Shown one piece after another: positions 1-12,576 of a stretch of 64,000 nt of DNA. Every line of letters begins with the position of its first letter. Within the stretch, counting starts at the first letter, position 1. This DNA comes from Narcine bancroftii. Lineage: Eukaryota. The stretch is from contig NC_091474.1 of assembly GCF_036971445.1 (NCBI RefSeq), positions 197,842,001 through 197,906,000 of the forward strand, in the 5' to 3' direction. The translations under genes were made by a program, and so were the position numbers. The notes beneath the pieces are model-generated. The model saw nothing but the letters and a program-made list of their open reading frames with translations, was not told where the DNA came from and ran no database searches.

Positions 1-870
1 TTATCAACTACAGATCAGCATTTAACACCTTTATCCCCTCAAAACTGATCAGCAAACTCCAAGACCTGGGCTTCAACACCCCTGTAATTGAATCCTGGAT
101 TTCCTCATCTCCAGATCCCAAGCAGTGAGGATTGATAAGAATATCTCCATAATCTCCATCAGGACTGGAGCACCGCAGGCTGCATCTATATTCAATTTAC
201 ACCTATGACTGTGTGGCTCAGTATGACAACACCACCATATATAAATTTACTGACAATACCACAGTAGTGGGTTGTATAAAGAAAGGGGATGAGTCAGTGT
301 ACAGGAGGAAGATTGTAAACTTGGCGGAATAGTGCACTAACAACAACCTTGCAACCAGTGTCACCAAAACCAAGGACTTATTGTGGACTTTAATGATAAT
401 TTGGGGATCAAAGGTGGAGAGGATAAGCAAATAAATTTCAGGGGTCTCTATCTTAGAGGATGTCATCATGAAGTAAACATCCTCAGGAGTTCACAGCGAT
501 TTAGCACGACATCAGAAACTTTGGCAAATGTCTACAGATGTAGTGGAAAGTGTGCTGACCATCTGCATTCCACCCTGGTATGGGGACACCAATACCTCTG
601 AGTGGAAAGCCTTGCAAAAAGTAGTGGACACAACCCGGTACTTCACAGGCAAAACTCTTCACCACTGAGAAAATCTAAATTGAGCACTGCTGTCAGAGAG
701 CAGCAGCAAACATCAAGGATCCACACCACGCAGGACATACTCTTCTTACTGCTATCATCAGGAAAGAGGTATAGGTGTCACAACTGTTCAGGAACAGTTG
801 CTACCCCTATATTATCAGAGTCCTCAACAATAAACTTAATCAGAGACTCGCTTAAGGCCTCTTACTGTTT
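1..870 (+). mobile_element. Decayed Rex1/Babar-like LINE, RT to 3' region (approximate ends)
   Basis: Degenerate SAFNT.IPSKL..KLQDLG.NTP.C.WILDFL, YKF.D.TTVVG and downstream LLPSGKRYR-like segments. Confidence 0.8.
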
Positions 871-2718
871 TTTTTCCCCCTCTATGTGGCATAGTCAGCT
901 TATTTACATTTATTTCTTTACTTACATTTCTCTCTTTTGTAAATGTATCTCGAGTACAGCTTTTTGTACTACCTCTGTTGGGTTGACGACTGGGGTCAGT
1001 GTTTGGGTTGGCAGCCTGGTGTCGGGAATTCCGTTGGGTCGGCGGCCAGGACCAGGGCTGGAGTTTACCGGGCAGGGTAATGAGGTGTTAGGGATCCAGG
1101 CAAGGACCTCAGGTGCCTGGGCAGGATTGGCGATGGCGGTGGGAGGTGTCTGGGATCCGAGCAGGGTCTTAGGCACCTGGACAGGTTCAGCGTCGGCGGT
1201 GGGGAGATATCAGAATTGGCAACAGCTGATACAAGAATTCTACTACTTAAACTAGGCTGCAGATCAATTATCTTGAAAATGCTGTTAACTGATACACGTC
1301 TAATCCCATGCATTTCAGATAATTGGAAACTTATTGTATTGGCATTTCTTCCATTGATTCATCAGTTGTAGTTGCACTTGTTTAATCTTTTTAAAAATTT
1401 TATTGCATTTTATGTATAGACAACAAAAAGTATAAGAACAAGAAAAATATACTGTATAGGTACAAAATAATTACAATGTATCCTAAAATAAAAATGAACA
1501 TCACAACTAATGATTCACAGAATTCAATATTATATCTTTTGTTCCTGCATAAAAAAAATCTGTAACTAACTTACATATAACCCCTAAACTAAAAAGAAAA
1601 AGTCGCTGCGTCATTTTAAACCACCAAAATGGTAACAGTAACGGTACGTGGGGAATTGCTTTATATGTAAATAAGTTCAGGAAGAGATTATAAATGTTTT
1701 GTATGTAATATACAAAATTGTGAACTACTGTATTATTCATTATGTCTAATTTTCAAGGTTCAAGCAGGATAAGGTTCGGATCATCTATTGTGCATAACTG
1801 GGAGGGATAGAGTCCTTCCATCTTAGCAAAATACATCTTCTCCATTAAAGTGGCAAAAACTATTACTATTAAATCCAACACCGATAATCAACTGTTCTCT
1901 ATCACCACACCAATTAAATCTGTAATGGGATGAGGTTGACTATTAATTGAGAAAATACTGGAAAATGCATTGAACATTTCCTTCCAATAGTGATCTAATG
2001 CTGAACAGGACCAAAACATAAGAAATAAAAAAGCAATCCCATTACGACATTATTGTCACATAAAGGGTTGATAATAGGAAAAATCTTAGCTAATTTATAT
2101 TTGAATAAATGTTCTGTATGTATTATCTTGAACTGAATAAGTGAAAGATGTGCGCAAATGGAATGGACCAATTTTAAACACTTGCTCCATATATCCTTGG
2201 AAAGAATAGTTTGTAAGTTTATCTCCCAAGCACTCTTAATAAATGAATCCTATTAAACTCTTCTGACAACAATTTAACTGAAAAAATAAGTCAATACAAT
2301 TACTATCATGGGCAGGAAATCTCAAAAAATCTTTAACTTGTAAATATCGAAAAGAATGGAAATTAGAGTGATAAATGCTCAAAAGTCATAAAACAGCTGT
2401 CTACAAATAAGTCAAAAAAATGAAGTGATACCCTTTTCTCTCCATTTATGAAATACGTGATCAAGCAAGATGGAGGAAAAAAGAAATTCTTAATAATTGG
2501 AGCGGATAAAGAAAAAATTTTCATTTCAAAATAGTGCCTGAATTGAAACCAAATTCATAATGAATTTATGACTATGAAACTGCTTAACTTCTTATTAATT
2601 TATTCACCTTTACCAAAGAAAACAAGGAAATCACCAAGTACTGTGTAGCCAAAGCAAATTTGTTAAAACTTTTCAGCTCCATGAATATCTGATTCTGGGC
2701 AGTCTGATTTATCTATAT

Positions 2719-3459
2719 TCTTCTTTCTTTGGCTTGTCTTCACGGACGAAGATTTATGGAGGGGGTAAAAAGTCCACGTCAGCTGCAGGCTCGTTTGTGG
2801 CTGACAAGTCCGATGTGGGACAGGCAGACACGGTGGCAGCGGTTGCAGGGGAAAATTGGTTGGTTGGGGTTGGGTGTTGGGTTTTTCCTCCTTTGCCTTT
2901 TGTCAGTGAGGTGGGCTCTGCGGTCTTCTTCAAAGGAGGTTGCTGCCCGCCGAACTGTGAGGCGCCAAGATGCGCGGTTTGAGGCGATATCAGCCCACTG
3001 GCGGTGGTCAATGTGGCAGGCACCAAGAGATTTCTTTAGGCAGTCCTTGTACCCCTTCTTTGGTGCACCTCTGTCTCGGTGGCCATATTACACGATCTTG
3101 GGAAGGCGATGGTCCTCCATTCTGGAGACCTACCCAGCGCATTTGGATCTTCAGCAGCGTGGATTCGATGCTGTCGGCCTCTGCCATCTCGAGTACTTCG
3201 ATGTTGGTGATGAAGTCGCTCCAATGAATGTTGAGGATGGAGCGGAGACAACGCTGGTGGAAGCGTTCTAGGAGCTGTAGGTGATGCCGGTAGAGGACCC
3301 ATGATTTGGAGCCGAACAGGAGTGTGGGTATGACAACGGCTCTGTATATGCTAATCTTTGTGAGGGTTTTCAGTTGGTTGTTTTTCCAGACTCTTTTGTG
3401 CAGTCTTCCAAAGGCGCTATTTGCCTTGGCGAGTCTGTTGTCTATCTCGTTGTCGATCC
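2719..3459 (-). mobile_element. 5'-truncated RTE-clade LINE nested in the L1-like element
   Basis: ORF 3008..3523 contains EIDNRLAKANSAFGRLHKRVW...LERFHQRCLRSILNIHW...NIEVL, the RTE C-terminal pattern. AAG-repeat tail; TSD tatctatat (2710-2718) / tatcgatat (3460-3468). Confidence 0.9.
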
Positions 3460-3506
3460 TATCGATATAATGAATCCAGAAAATAATATATTTAATATTA
3501 ATAGCC

Positions 3507-3714
3507 TGTAGCAAACATTTCATAGTGCGAAATGAAGAACAAGAAAATGATCAGACATAGTCAAGTTGAAGTTCAGTAAAAGTCGTTTACTCAAACAGTC
3601 ACACACAGCTTTTTAAAACCCTGCACGTTCCAATGACATTATTGCATTGTGATGTCATGGCGCCACTCGGAACCTCCCGAGCTGGTTCGATTAAGCTTCT
3701 GGTGAGCAACTACA
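3507..3714 (-). mobile_element. Solo LTR (Gypsy-like), 208 bp
   Basis: Termini TGTAG...CTACA and a perfect 4-bp TSD AGCC (3503-3506, 3715-3718). Removing it rejoins the L1-like reading ...CWA|INIKY. AGTAAA signal on the minus strand. Confidence 0.8.
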
Positions 3715-4650
3715 AGCCCAACAATCATGTTTCAGGTTAGGAAAAGCAAAGCCCCTATTTTTAAAAAATGTTGTAAGTGATATTTATTCAACCTTATGCC
3801 CTTGTTGTTCCAACCATATGAAGAGATAATAGATTTAACAGAGTCAAAAAAAAAAATTCTTTCATATAAATATAAGAATTGCCTAGAATAAATATAAAAA
3901 TTTAGGCAGAACATTCATTTTGATGACATTAAATCTACCAACAAGCAGCATAGAAAGGGGGGAGCATTGAGATAAGGTTTTTTTCACTTACTTGTTTAAC
4001 CTGTAACATAGGTTGCAACATAAGAATCTTGAGCATCTAAAATACTTTTAATCATGATCCCCACAGATATATGATTAGGCCATGTTATTTTTTTATTTGC
4101 TTATTAGACTAGCATGTTCTGGATTCTATATATTGATAGAGCATTTGAGTAAAAATCTTTGAATTCTCTTGTTAATCCTGATTTTCAGCAAAAATAATAT
4201 TTCCATAATATCTTTGGCCTGATATAAAGCATCCGTTTTATTTATCCCACCCATCAAGAAAGATTAAACTCCTCTCATTATGACTTCAGATTATCTGCAG
4301 GGTATATGACTTGAATCACATTTTTATATAACTATATAATTTTTAAAATGTATAAACATTTTGGGATAGATTTACTCAGTTACAAGATACTGCTCATCAA
4401 TCTCACAGCCTCCAGGAAGAAGTGATTTCCCAGCCTAGCAATGCTGTTTTTGATGCTTCTGTGCCATCTCCTTAATGGTTGAGAATCAGAGGTACTGTGT
4501 GCTGGATGGAAAGGGTCTTCTATAATTCCTTGAGTGCTATTTAAGCAATGTACCCAGTAAATGTCGTCATTAGAGAAAAGTTAGACCCCAGGGATCTTCT
4601 TGGCTATTTTGATGATCCTCTGTATTGACTTTTGATCCAATGCTTTCCAG

Positions 4651-5321
4651 TGTTATGAGCCCAAAGGACCCCAAAACCCAGCAGCAATAGACATTCACCA
4701 AGACAAGTATTAACTTAAACAAAAGTTATTTTTAATCAACTTTAAACATGAAAATAGAATCAAACTTTAACTTAACTCTATACTTAACTAACCCAAATTA
4801 ACCCGCTTCTAATTCTAAGTGCACATGTATGATGTGTGTATAAATTTAAGAAAAGTACTATGGTTCACAGTTCAATCTCACTTCTCTTTCTTCCAAGTTC
4901 TCTGGATCCAGGCAATTCTTATACTGTGCACAGAATTTATCATGTATAATGTTCACCAGGCTTTGCTGCTTGAAAGGTAAATGTTTACCGCTCAAATTGA
5001 TATTCCTCAGGGTTTGCAGAGAGAGATTTGTTGTTGCAGCTTTTCCACAACTGAGGTACCACCATTAGTCACCTCAATGTCTCACTGATGAAACTTGCCC
5101 CATCAGGTTCCAGATGGTAACCTCTTTCTTCAGGCTACCACAGAGTTACTTTTTGTTCTTCTTATTCCAAGAGAAACATCAGGCAGGTAGCACCTCCAGC
5201 CATCCAATGCTCTGGAACTTTCTATTTCCAACCAGCTCTTCCCGGCTTGCACTCTTCAGCTCCTTTCAGTGTTAGACACACAAGCTGAGAGGACTTGTCT
5301 TCTCTCTCTCCCCCCTTCTCT

Positions 5322-5365
<44 letters not shown>

Positions 5366-5600
5366 TGAGACTGCCAGAAAGCCCATGTGACATTCTCACT
5401 TGCAAAATCCCCCATCCTCTTCAGCAAACCACAGGAGTTCTCCTCTCTTGGTCAAGATGTTGTCTTAGATAAACAAAACGCAGGAGTGACCTCTCTGTGA
5501 GCACACTGTAAGTACTTGCAGCCAGTTTGTCACCTCCAAAACAATGGCTATTCATTTCATGACATCATTTCAATTAGCACCTACTTGTGCATAAAATGTG
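4651..5600 (-). mobile_element. LTR-like insertion (right boundary uncertain) containing a (CT)n tract
   Basis: Starts abruptly with TGTTATGAG inside the LINE. Its layout resembles the LTR-like insert at 43443-44355. I found no matching second terminus or TSD. Confidence 0.5.
5299..5361. repeat. (CT)n / C-rich microsatellite
   Basis: Directly visible. Confidence 0.9.
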
Positions 5601-6243
5601 CATTTGTGCTCTTCACTTTCTCCATGTTGGATCCATTGATGTGTAATGGAAAATAGTCAATCTTCATCCTCCTGAAGTCCAGTCATCTTCTTTGTCTTGT
5701 CCAAGTTAGAGACTCGGGTTGTTGTCCTCTCTCCATTTCATGAGCTGCTCAACCTCCTCTCTGTAAGTAAATTCATCGTTGTTGCCAACAAGGTGAACTA
5801 CTGTTGGAACATTGCACCAGCTGGCTGAGTACACAGCTCTGAGATGCACCAGTGCTCAGTGTGATGGGCAACCCGGACTGACTTTGGTCAAGAAGTCCAG
5901 AATTGAGTTAGGAGTGTTGAGTTCCAGCGAGAGTAGTTTATCCACCAGTCTCTGAGGTATGATCATGTTGAATGCCAAGGTGAAGTCAGTGACCAGCAGC
6001 ATATGGGGCTTCATTCTCTAGGTGGGTCAAGACAGTCATTTTGTAATTTAGTAATTTTGTTTGTCTTTTGTCATGACCCTTTTAACATTTAGCATTTAGC
6101 ATTTTGTTTCTTTCATATGCATTGGGAAAATGCTTATTGCATTGTTGTACCTACAGCACATTCTGTGTTTCAATTTGTTTGGAACTAATTAATTACAGTT
6201 GTTGAATCTTGACTGTTAAATGCTTAAAATGTTTATATTCTAG

Positions 6244-6355
6244 GTGAGCCCTGGTGAATTGTCAAATGGAGTGATCAATGCTGCTTTCTTGCTACTTTTC
6301 AAAGACCTCATCAAATTATTTGCATGTTACAATGATGGAATCATTAATTTGTTAG
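6244..6355 (+). CDS. SNAP91: SNAP91/AP180 internal exon (ANTH domain), 112 nt, phase 0-1
   Basis: ttctag|GTG...TTA G|gtaagt. Translates [50 protein letters not shown] is the AP180-type sequence, whereas PICALM has KDAIRLFAAYNEG. Confidence 0.97.
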
Positions 6356-7397
6356 GTAAGTAATATCAAAAATCAACTTGCTCACCCATGTAAATTACTG
6401 GTATCCATGTGAGGATCCATGGAGCAACTGCATCAGTTTGATTTGTTAATGAAGTGTTTGTTTTTTTATGTAAAGAAGTACAATGTGCAGATGCAATGTA
6501 TCAATGAGCTTTTGGAAAGCGACTATTTTACATGCAAAGAAGTTGCTCAGATTGAAGTTCTGAAAAAGTCGATATGTAAATATAATTTATCTTTGAAACC
6601 CATAGTTTAAATTGATAGCCAAAGCCTTAATTTTCCTTGGAACAAAGATTCTTTAAAATATGTCCCTTCTTTAAATTTGATGGTTGTATCAAGTGATTTA
6701 AGAGAGAGAAAAGTGACAAGATATCTGACACTTTGCAACTTCATTGATGTAACCTTGAAATGGTTAGTGTTTAACAACCTACATACACTAGTAATTCTTC
6801 ATATGATTAAGGTTTCAGGTTCAAACCTAACTCCACAAACTTGATCCTGAATATTTTTTAGTACATTCTTCTAAACTAAGAAAGGGGAGAAATTTGCAAA
6901 ATTTCAGTGTTTCACCACATATTCTAGCTGGATTTTGCCTGAAAAATTCCATGGTCTTTACCAGAGGTGACACCAAGATCTCTCCTTTTGTGTTTTTTTT
7001 TCTCTTTTTCTTCCCTACCCCCTACCATGCGTGGTCTCTTTGCTTGTCTGTCCACCTTTCCCATCTTCTATCCTATACCCCATACTGCTTGATATACATT
7101 ATATCGCCTCTTCCTATTTAGTTTCGATAAAGCGTGCCAACCCACAACATTGACTGACCATGTCTATCCTTGGATGCTGTGTTACCTATTGACTCCAGCT
7201 TTTCCATGGTTGCTCATGGCTGAGGATACTTGGAGCATATGAGTCAAATTTAGTTAAAATAGCATTTTAGCATTCACTGTGGCACTGAATTATTGCTGTT
7301 AATGCAGTTTTGTCAGACAGAATATTTGGACACCATGTATGAGAAGGTGTTACACTTGATATTATTTAATAAAATTAGTGATTTCTTTGATTTTTAG

Positions 7398-7504
7398 AAA
7401 AATACTTTGAAATGAAGAAGGGACAATGTAAAGAAGCACTAGAAATTTACAGAAAATTCCTCACTAGAATGACAAGAGTCTCAGAATTTCTTAAAGTTGC
7501 TGAA
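7398..7504 (+). CDS. SNAP91: SNAP91 internal exon (ANTH domain), 107 nt, phase 1-0
   Basis: ttttag|AA AAA TAC...GCT GAA|gtaagt. Gives (E)[35 protein letters not shown], in frame with the previous exon. Confidence 0.97.
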
Positions 7505-9453
7505 GTAAGTAATTAATAATAAGAACATTTGCAGACTTTAAAAAAAACTATGACCAAAAAGGATCTGGTTGAAAAGAGGTGAAGTAATTCTGTGATCATG
7601 ATATTTGTAAAATCTTTAACATCTATGAGAGCATCCCACAATCGAAATGAACTTGCAAGGGGAATGTGGCCATTAGGTCAGAGTAGTTGCAACTGGACCC
7701 ATGTTCTTTGAGACGCTGTTCTTGATCGTGTTTTACTGCAAACTATACTTTTCAACCTTGTCGCCACCTCTAATGTCATGTAAAAATTATACGCTAGCTG
7801 AAAAAAAATAATATTTGAAGTAGATATATCCAAGTTAAAATTTTAAACTTGGCAGAGTGGAATTTGAATTACATATCTGGTGTACTAATATCAGAGAGCT
7901 TGCCATATTATTTTCAACAAACTTATTGTCAAGATAATCCTTCACCTCTTCTCAGTGGCTGAACACCCCTAATGAGTGTAAATTTCAGTAATCCAGAGGC
8001 ATACTCACAATGATCTTTATGCTATCAATTTCTGGAGAATTGTGGAGAACAGCATCAGCTGCTCTAGCCTTCAATAAACACAGAAGCCTTCCTCCCAGTC
8101 AAATGCCAAAATTGCTGTTTGTAGAAATTCATCTTTATCTTGTACCTGCTCCAGAATGATATGGATGCTATGAGCATTACCAGTGGGTCCACATGGACTG
8201 GTGTCCTTGCTCCCAAATATCATTTTTACTCACCATATTGCTCTACCAAACAGTTAATTTGCAAGACGTATGGGAAATTATTCAACTGTAGGGTTATCAA
8301 GCTGCAGTCAGCAAGCAATGCTTGTGTCGGTGCATGTTCAAACATTAAGTTCTAAATTAACTAGAGCATCCAAAAGAATGGGGCTTCCTGATGTGGGAAT
8401 CCGTAGCCCAAGACTACTCAGATGGAGAAGGAACTCTTTTTCTATTACTCTTGATAACAGTGTTGACGAATATGTCTATTCTTGAATGTATACAGTTAAT
8501 TTACTAAACAAAACAAGATGCAAGATTATTTTAATAGCCCTTAAATAACCCCTGAGGCAGAATTCCAAAATTAAATTTGTCATTTTGAAGCAACATTTTT
8601 GGATTTGCAAATAGTTCAGTTTTCAAGTCCAAAGGTAATATTTATTTTGAACCATCGAATTACCACATCTACAGAAGCTTAACCCACAGTTCAGTATCTA
8701 ATATACAGTCATTGGCAATAAAAATCATTTAATTAATAATTCCCACATTTAACTTTTAAAGTATTGTGGACCGTAGAATTTTATTTATTTCCCAAATGTT
8801 TGGAGAGAAAAAAAATCACTAATTCCTTTCCAGTCACAAAGATGGAATGACATGCATAATCATAATATCAAGTCTTCAAAACATCAGCTTGTGTAAATGG
8901 AAGATGACATCCATTCCTCAGGCTTTGGACTTCACTGGAACACTAGAAAATCAAACAGATCACAGTGCCACAGGGCTGGAGATTTAGTGTCAGGCAACTG
9001 GAAGTTTGAAGTTATCCTTGCAAGCCAAGACTTGTTTGTTAAAATAATCAGCCATTGGGCTTGGTTTCCCACTAGAAAAGAGGATGTGTATTCTTAAGCA
9101 TATTGTGATGTAATTGTTTAGCTTTGGAGCTTAAAATGTCATGTCCATCTATCTTGATCAGGTATTTTAACTCCTTTAAATTATGTGCTCGAGATATTAC
9201 TTAGTTTTCCATTTGCTCTAAACTCCATCGCAGTAGCTCCATGGTAAAAGAATGACCCATGCAAGATATCACAGCCATACTGTAATCCCTGGGGACCTAA
9301 TGAGCAACAGGTTTTTAAATACATCACAGATGAAAATGTTGCATTGTTAATCATTGAGATCATGTGTAATGCCAGAATAATTAAATTCACATTTGTTAAG
9401 AACATTTTTAGAGTTGTTATGGCAGAAAATAATTTGTTGTTTTTATTTTACAG

Positions 9454-9495
9454 CAAGTAGGTATTGATAAGGGTGACATTCCTGATCTTTCTCAG
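9454..9495 (+). CDS. SNAP91: SNAP91 internal exon, 42 nt, phase 0-0
   Basis: ttttacag|CAA...CAG|gtacgt. Encodes QVGIDKGDIPDLSQ, the end of the ANTH domain. Confidence 0.96.
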
Positions 9496-10149
9496 GTACG
9501 TTTCCTATTCCTCTTCTTTCAATCTAGAATTTTGATAACTCCTTATACAAGTGTACACTAATCCAGCAAGATTTGTTTAATATCCTGCTCTTTTGAGAAC
9601 CCATAGTGTTTTACATAGCATAATGGACATATTTGGAGATGTGAATTTTCCCCATGGAAACAGGAAAATTTAAATAATATGGGAATAAAAGACTGCTGTA
9701 GAAATGATAAGCAAGTTGTCACCTTATCATAAGAACTCATCTAATTCATTAATGACCTTGGAGGAAGGTCTGCTGCCACTTACCAGGCCTGGTTGATGTT
9801 TATTGCCCGACTCACTAATTGTGATTGACTAATTCCCCTCTGAAATGGCCTCGAAGACTAAAGTGCAGGATGCAGTTAGCAGTTCACAAGTAGTTTATAT
9901 GGGGGGGAGAAAAGATATGTTACCATTTGCATGTGTTACTTGTGATACAGGATAATTTACAGACAGCCTCGAGAGAAGGAAAATTGCATCTGACCACTAA
10001 ATACTTCCCACCCATATTTTAAATGTTACTAATGAAACCTTAAAAAAGTTGAACGTGCTTTTGCAAAAGGTTGTAGAAGACGTGCTCCTACGTTCCGTCT
10101 TATTTTAAGATGCTGATTGTTTCTGAGAAGGTGAACACTAAAGTGTTGC

Positions 10150-10840
10150 TACATCAACAACTCTGTAGTAGAGAAAGTAGAAAGCACCAAGTTCCTTGGA
10201 CCTATCGTGGACATTCAACATCTCCTCGCTTGTCAGGAAGGCGCAACAGCGACTGCACCTCCTGAGAAGACTAAAGCGAGCAAGGCTACCAGCCACTGTT
10301 ATTTCAACATTTTATAGGAACGCTATCGAGAGCATCATAGTGTGGTACAGTTCCTGCAGAGAAAGGGATTGGAGGTCAATCCACAGGACCATAAGAATAG
10401 CAGAGAGGATCAATGGAGTCTCCCTCTCTACCCTCCCCACCCCCCCCAATCGATGTGATCTACCTGGATCGTTGTCATTATCTGAAGAGAGTGCCCAAAA
10501 TCATTGAGGATCCCTTCCTCCCTGCACCCAGCACCTTTTAGCTGTTCCTCTTGGGAAAGAGATACAGGAGTATCAGAGCCAGCACCAAGATGAGGAACAG
10601 CTTCTTCCCACGGACAGTAAGAATGTTGAATAACTAAAGGAACTGCTCACACTAACCATCTGAGACTCTCGTATTCATTAAACAACATTTTTTTATTTGT
10701 ATAAATCAATACTTGCAAACGTATTGTTTGTCCGTATGTGTGTTATGTCTTCTTGTATGTTTGTGTGTTTGGCACCGAGGACTGGAGAATGCAATTTCAT
10801 CAGGTTGTGCTTGTAGAATCAGATGACAATAAACTTGATT
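10150..10840 (+). mobile_element. Rex1/Babar-like LINE 3' fragment
   Basis: ORF 10196..10507 reads DLSWTFNISSLVRKAQQRLHLLRRLK...FYRNAIESII; ends in gacaataaacttgat. Confidence 0.85.
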
Positions 10841-12492
10841 TTATTTAATGGTTTCAGCAGCATTAAAAAAAAAAGGCAAAACCCCAATGAAACTTACTTT
10901 TCAGAATTTACTTTTACTGAATATTAAGGGAATGGTTCTTCCTTGCATGAGTTTTTTAATCATATTTAAAATGTTGGTTGTTTCAGTAGGATTATGATGC
11001 TGCAATATGACGATGAAAGCATTATTAGTAGCATTATTATTTCAATTACAAGGAAAAGAGGACCTGCTAAATGTGTTAAATGCACCCTTTTTTCTATATC
11101 CATAAGCTGCAATCTGGACAACATTTTTGTTGGTGAATTACCGGAGTGGGAAAGCTAATTAGGATTGGTGATTTGTAAATTAACTTTTCCTCCTGCAAAC
11201 ATGAAAGCTCTTAAGTAGACTGTCCTTCAGCTTCTTGTTCCTCCACAAAATGTTCTGTAAAATAAAGCCCCAAAGCAAATACTGTACTGTATTTAAAAAC
11301 TCGAGTTAGCCATGAATGTTTTTACAGGTTTGAGAAACTGCATGGCAAAAATCTATTATATCTTGCATGTATACTTTATTTATGTATAATTTATTCTTGT
11401 ATATTTTACATACCCTTTTGATGAATTAATATTGGACAACGTTAAAAAAAATTGTCATTTAATTTTAGAAACTTCCAGAACTATTAAAATCTTCTTGAAA
11501 TTTGCACTTAATGTTTATGGAAGTTTGCAGTTAAGCAAAACTTATTTAATAATTTTATTGAATTTGAGTTTTTAATACAATTTATACTGCCATTATCGTT
11601 TGTACTTCCGTATTTAACACAATTGCGACAATAGACAAAATTTTACTGACTGAAATGAGGCAGTAGATAGTGTTAATCCAATTAAATCTTCATTGTATTG
11701 ATGCATGAAAAAGAATGTAGAATGTTCAATGCCTTTACTTTAAGTTTTCACTGTTGCCTGTGTTTTGTCATTTTAATTTTGAATTCGATGAAGATGTGTG
11801 ATTATGAACGGCTCACTAAATGAGCTTGAAGGATTTTGAGATTAAAATGCTCAGAAGTTAACAACTGACCTAAGTGCTGTTTATTCAGTGTAAGACTGAG
11901 TCTTGTAGGTTAAAATCTCCAATCTCTCTTTTGTTGCAGTAATCATTTGTATTAACTTTAATTTTGTTAAATAACCAAGTCTATCTGTTTTCTACTGGTA
12001 TTTGGTGACTTGTGAAACCCAACCTTAAATTTGTTGCACACCTTTTTGAGTTTCTCTCCTGTATTACTCCTGTTGTCCAGTATGGTATCACCTTAGGGAA
12101 CATTGTTAGAGGAATATGTCATGTGGAAGAGCACCTATTTCATTTGCCATAGTAGCTTTCCTTATGCTTGTAAAATATAATTGTTGGCTTTATTATTATT
12201 GCTGCAATAGTATTTACAAATTGTAAGGTGTAAGCAAATAGTTAAAGAAAATTTGAACTTAAAATATGTTGCATAAAAATAATTTCATAGAAAAGCAAAA
12301 TACTGCTTTGTTTGCTTTATGTTAATACTTTGTTAACTGAAGACCAAAGTAGGTTCCAGGACTTCCTGATATTGTGAACTGTGTTAGTTAAAATATCCAT
12401 GATAAATCTTAGCCATAGCCTACTTATCAATAGCGATATATAAATTGTGTATGATTGCTCATTATTTTTATCGTAACTCTTTGAAAATGCAG

Positions 12493-12576
12493 GTAATACA
12501 TCGGAGAATTCTTGCCGACCTTAAAAACACTGACTCAGAAAATACACCTTTAAAAGATTGTACCATTGATAATCGG
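12493..12576 (+). CDS. Candidate alternative 84-nt cassette exon of SNAP91 (unverified)
   Basis: aaatgcag|GTA ATA...AAT CGG|gtaacc. Stop-free in phase 0, encodes VIHRRILADLKNTDSENTPLKDCTIDNR, and lies in a phase-0 intron. I recognise no homology. Confidence 0.3.

Larger units (their letters stand above)
1385..4370 (-). mobile_element. Decayed L1/Tx1-like LINE ORF2 3' part, interrupted by two nested insertions
   Basis: Minus-strand remnants of YL-G-I, KMNVLPKFLY, GFAFPNL, INIKYIIFW, IQFKIIHR and MFWSC motifs; A-rich tail near 1390. Confidence 0.8.
4400..6030 (-). mobile_element. Decayed Rex1/Babar-like LINE, interrupted at about 4651-5600
   Basis: Minus-strand AFNMIIPQRLVDKL and NWILDFL-like segments at about 5880-5990; 3' part at 4400-4650. 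Confidence 0.65.

Noticed and set aside
602-1255. 217-aa ORF, the longest in the track
   Set aside because: It runs across a decayed Rex1/Babar 3' end and an unrelated GC-rich repeat, starts at GTG, and shows no recognisable domain.
2729-3271. Overlapping + strand ORFs
   Set aside because: They are antisense shadows of the GC-rich RTE element.
12081-12152. Good-looking acceptor (ctcctgttgtccag) followed by YGITLGNIVRG...
   Set aside because: No convincing in-frame donor occurs before the TAG stop, so it cannot be supported without transcripts.
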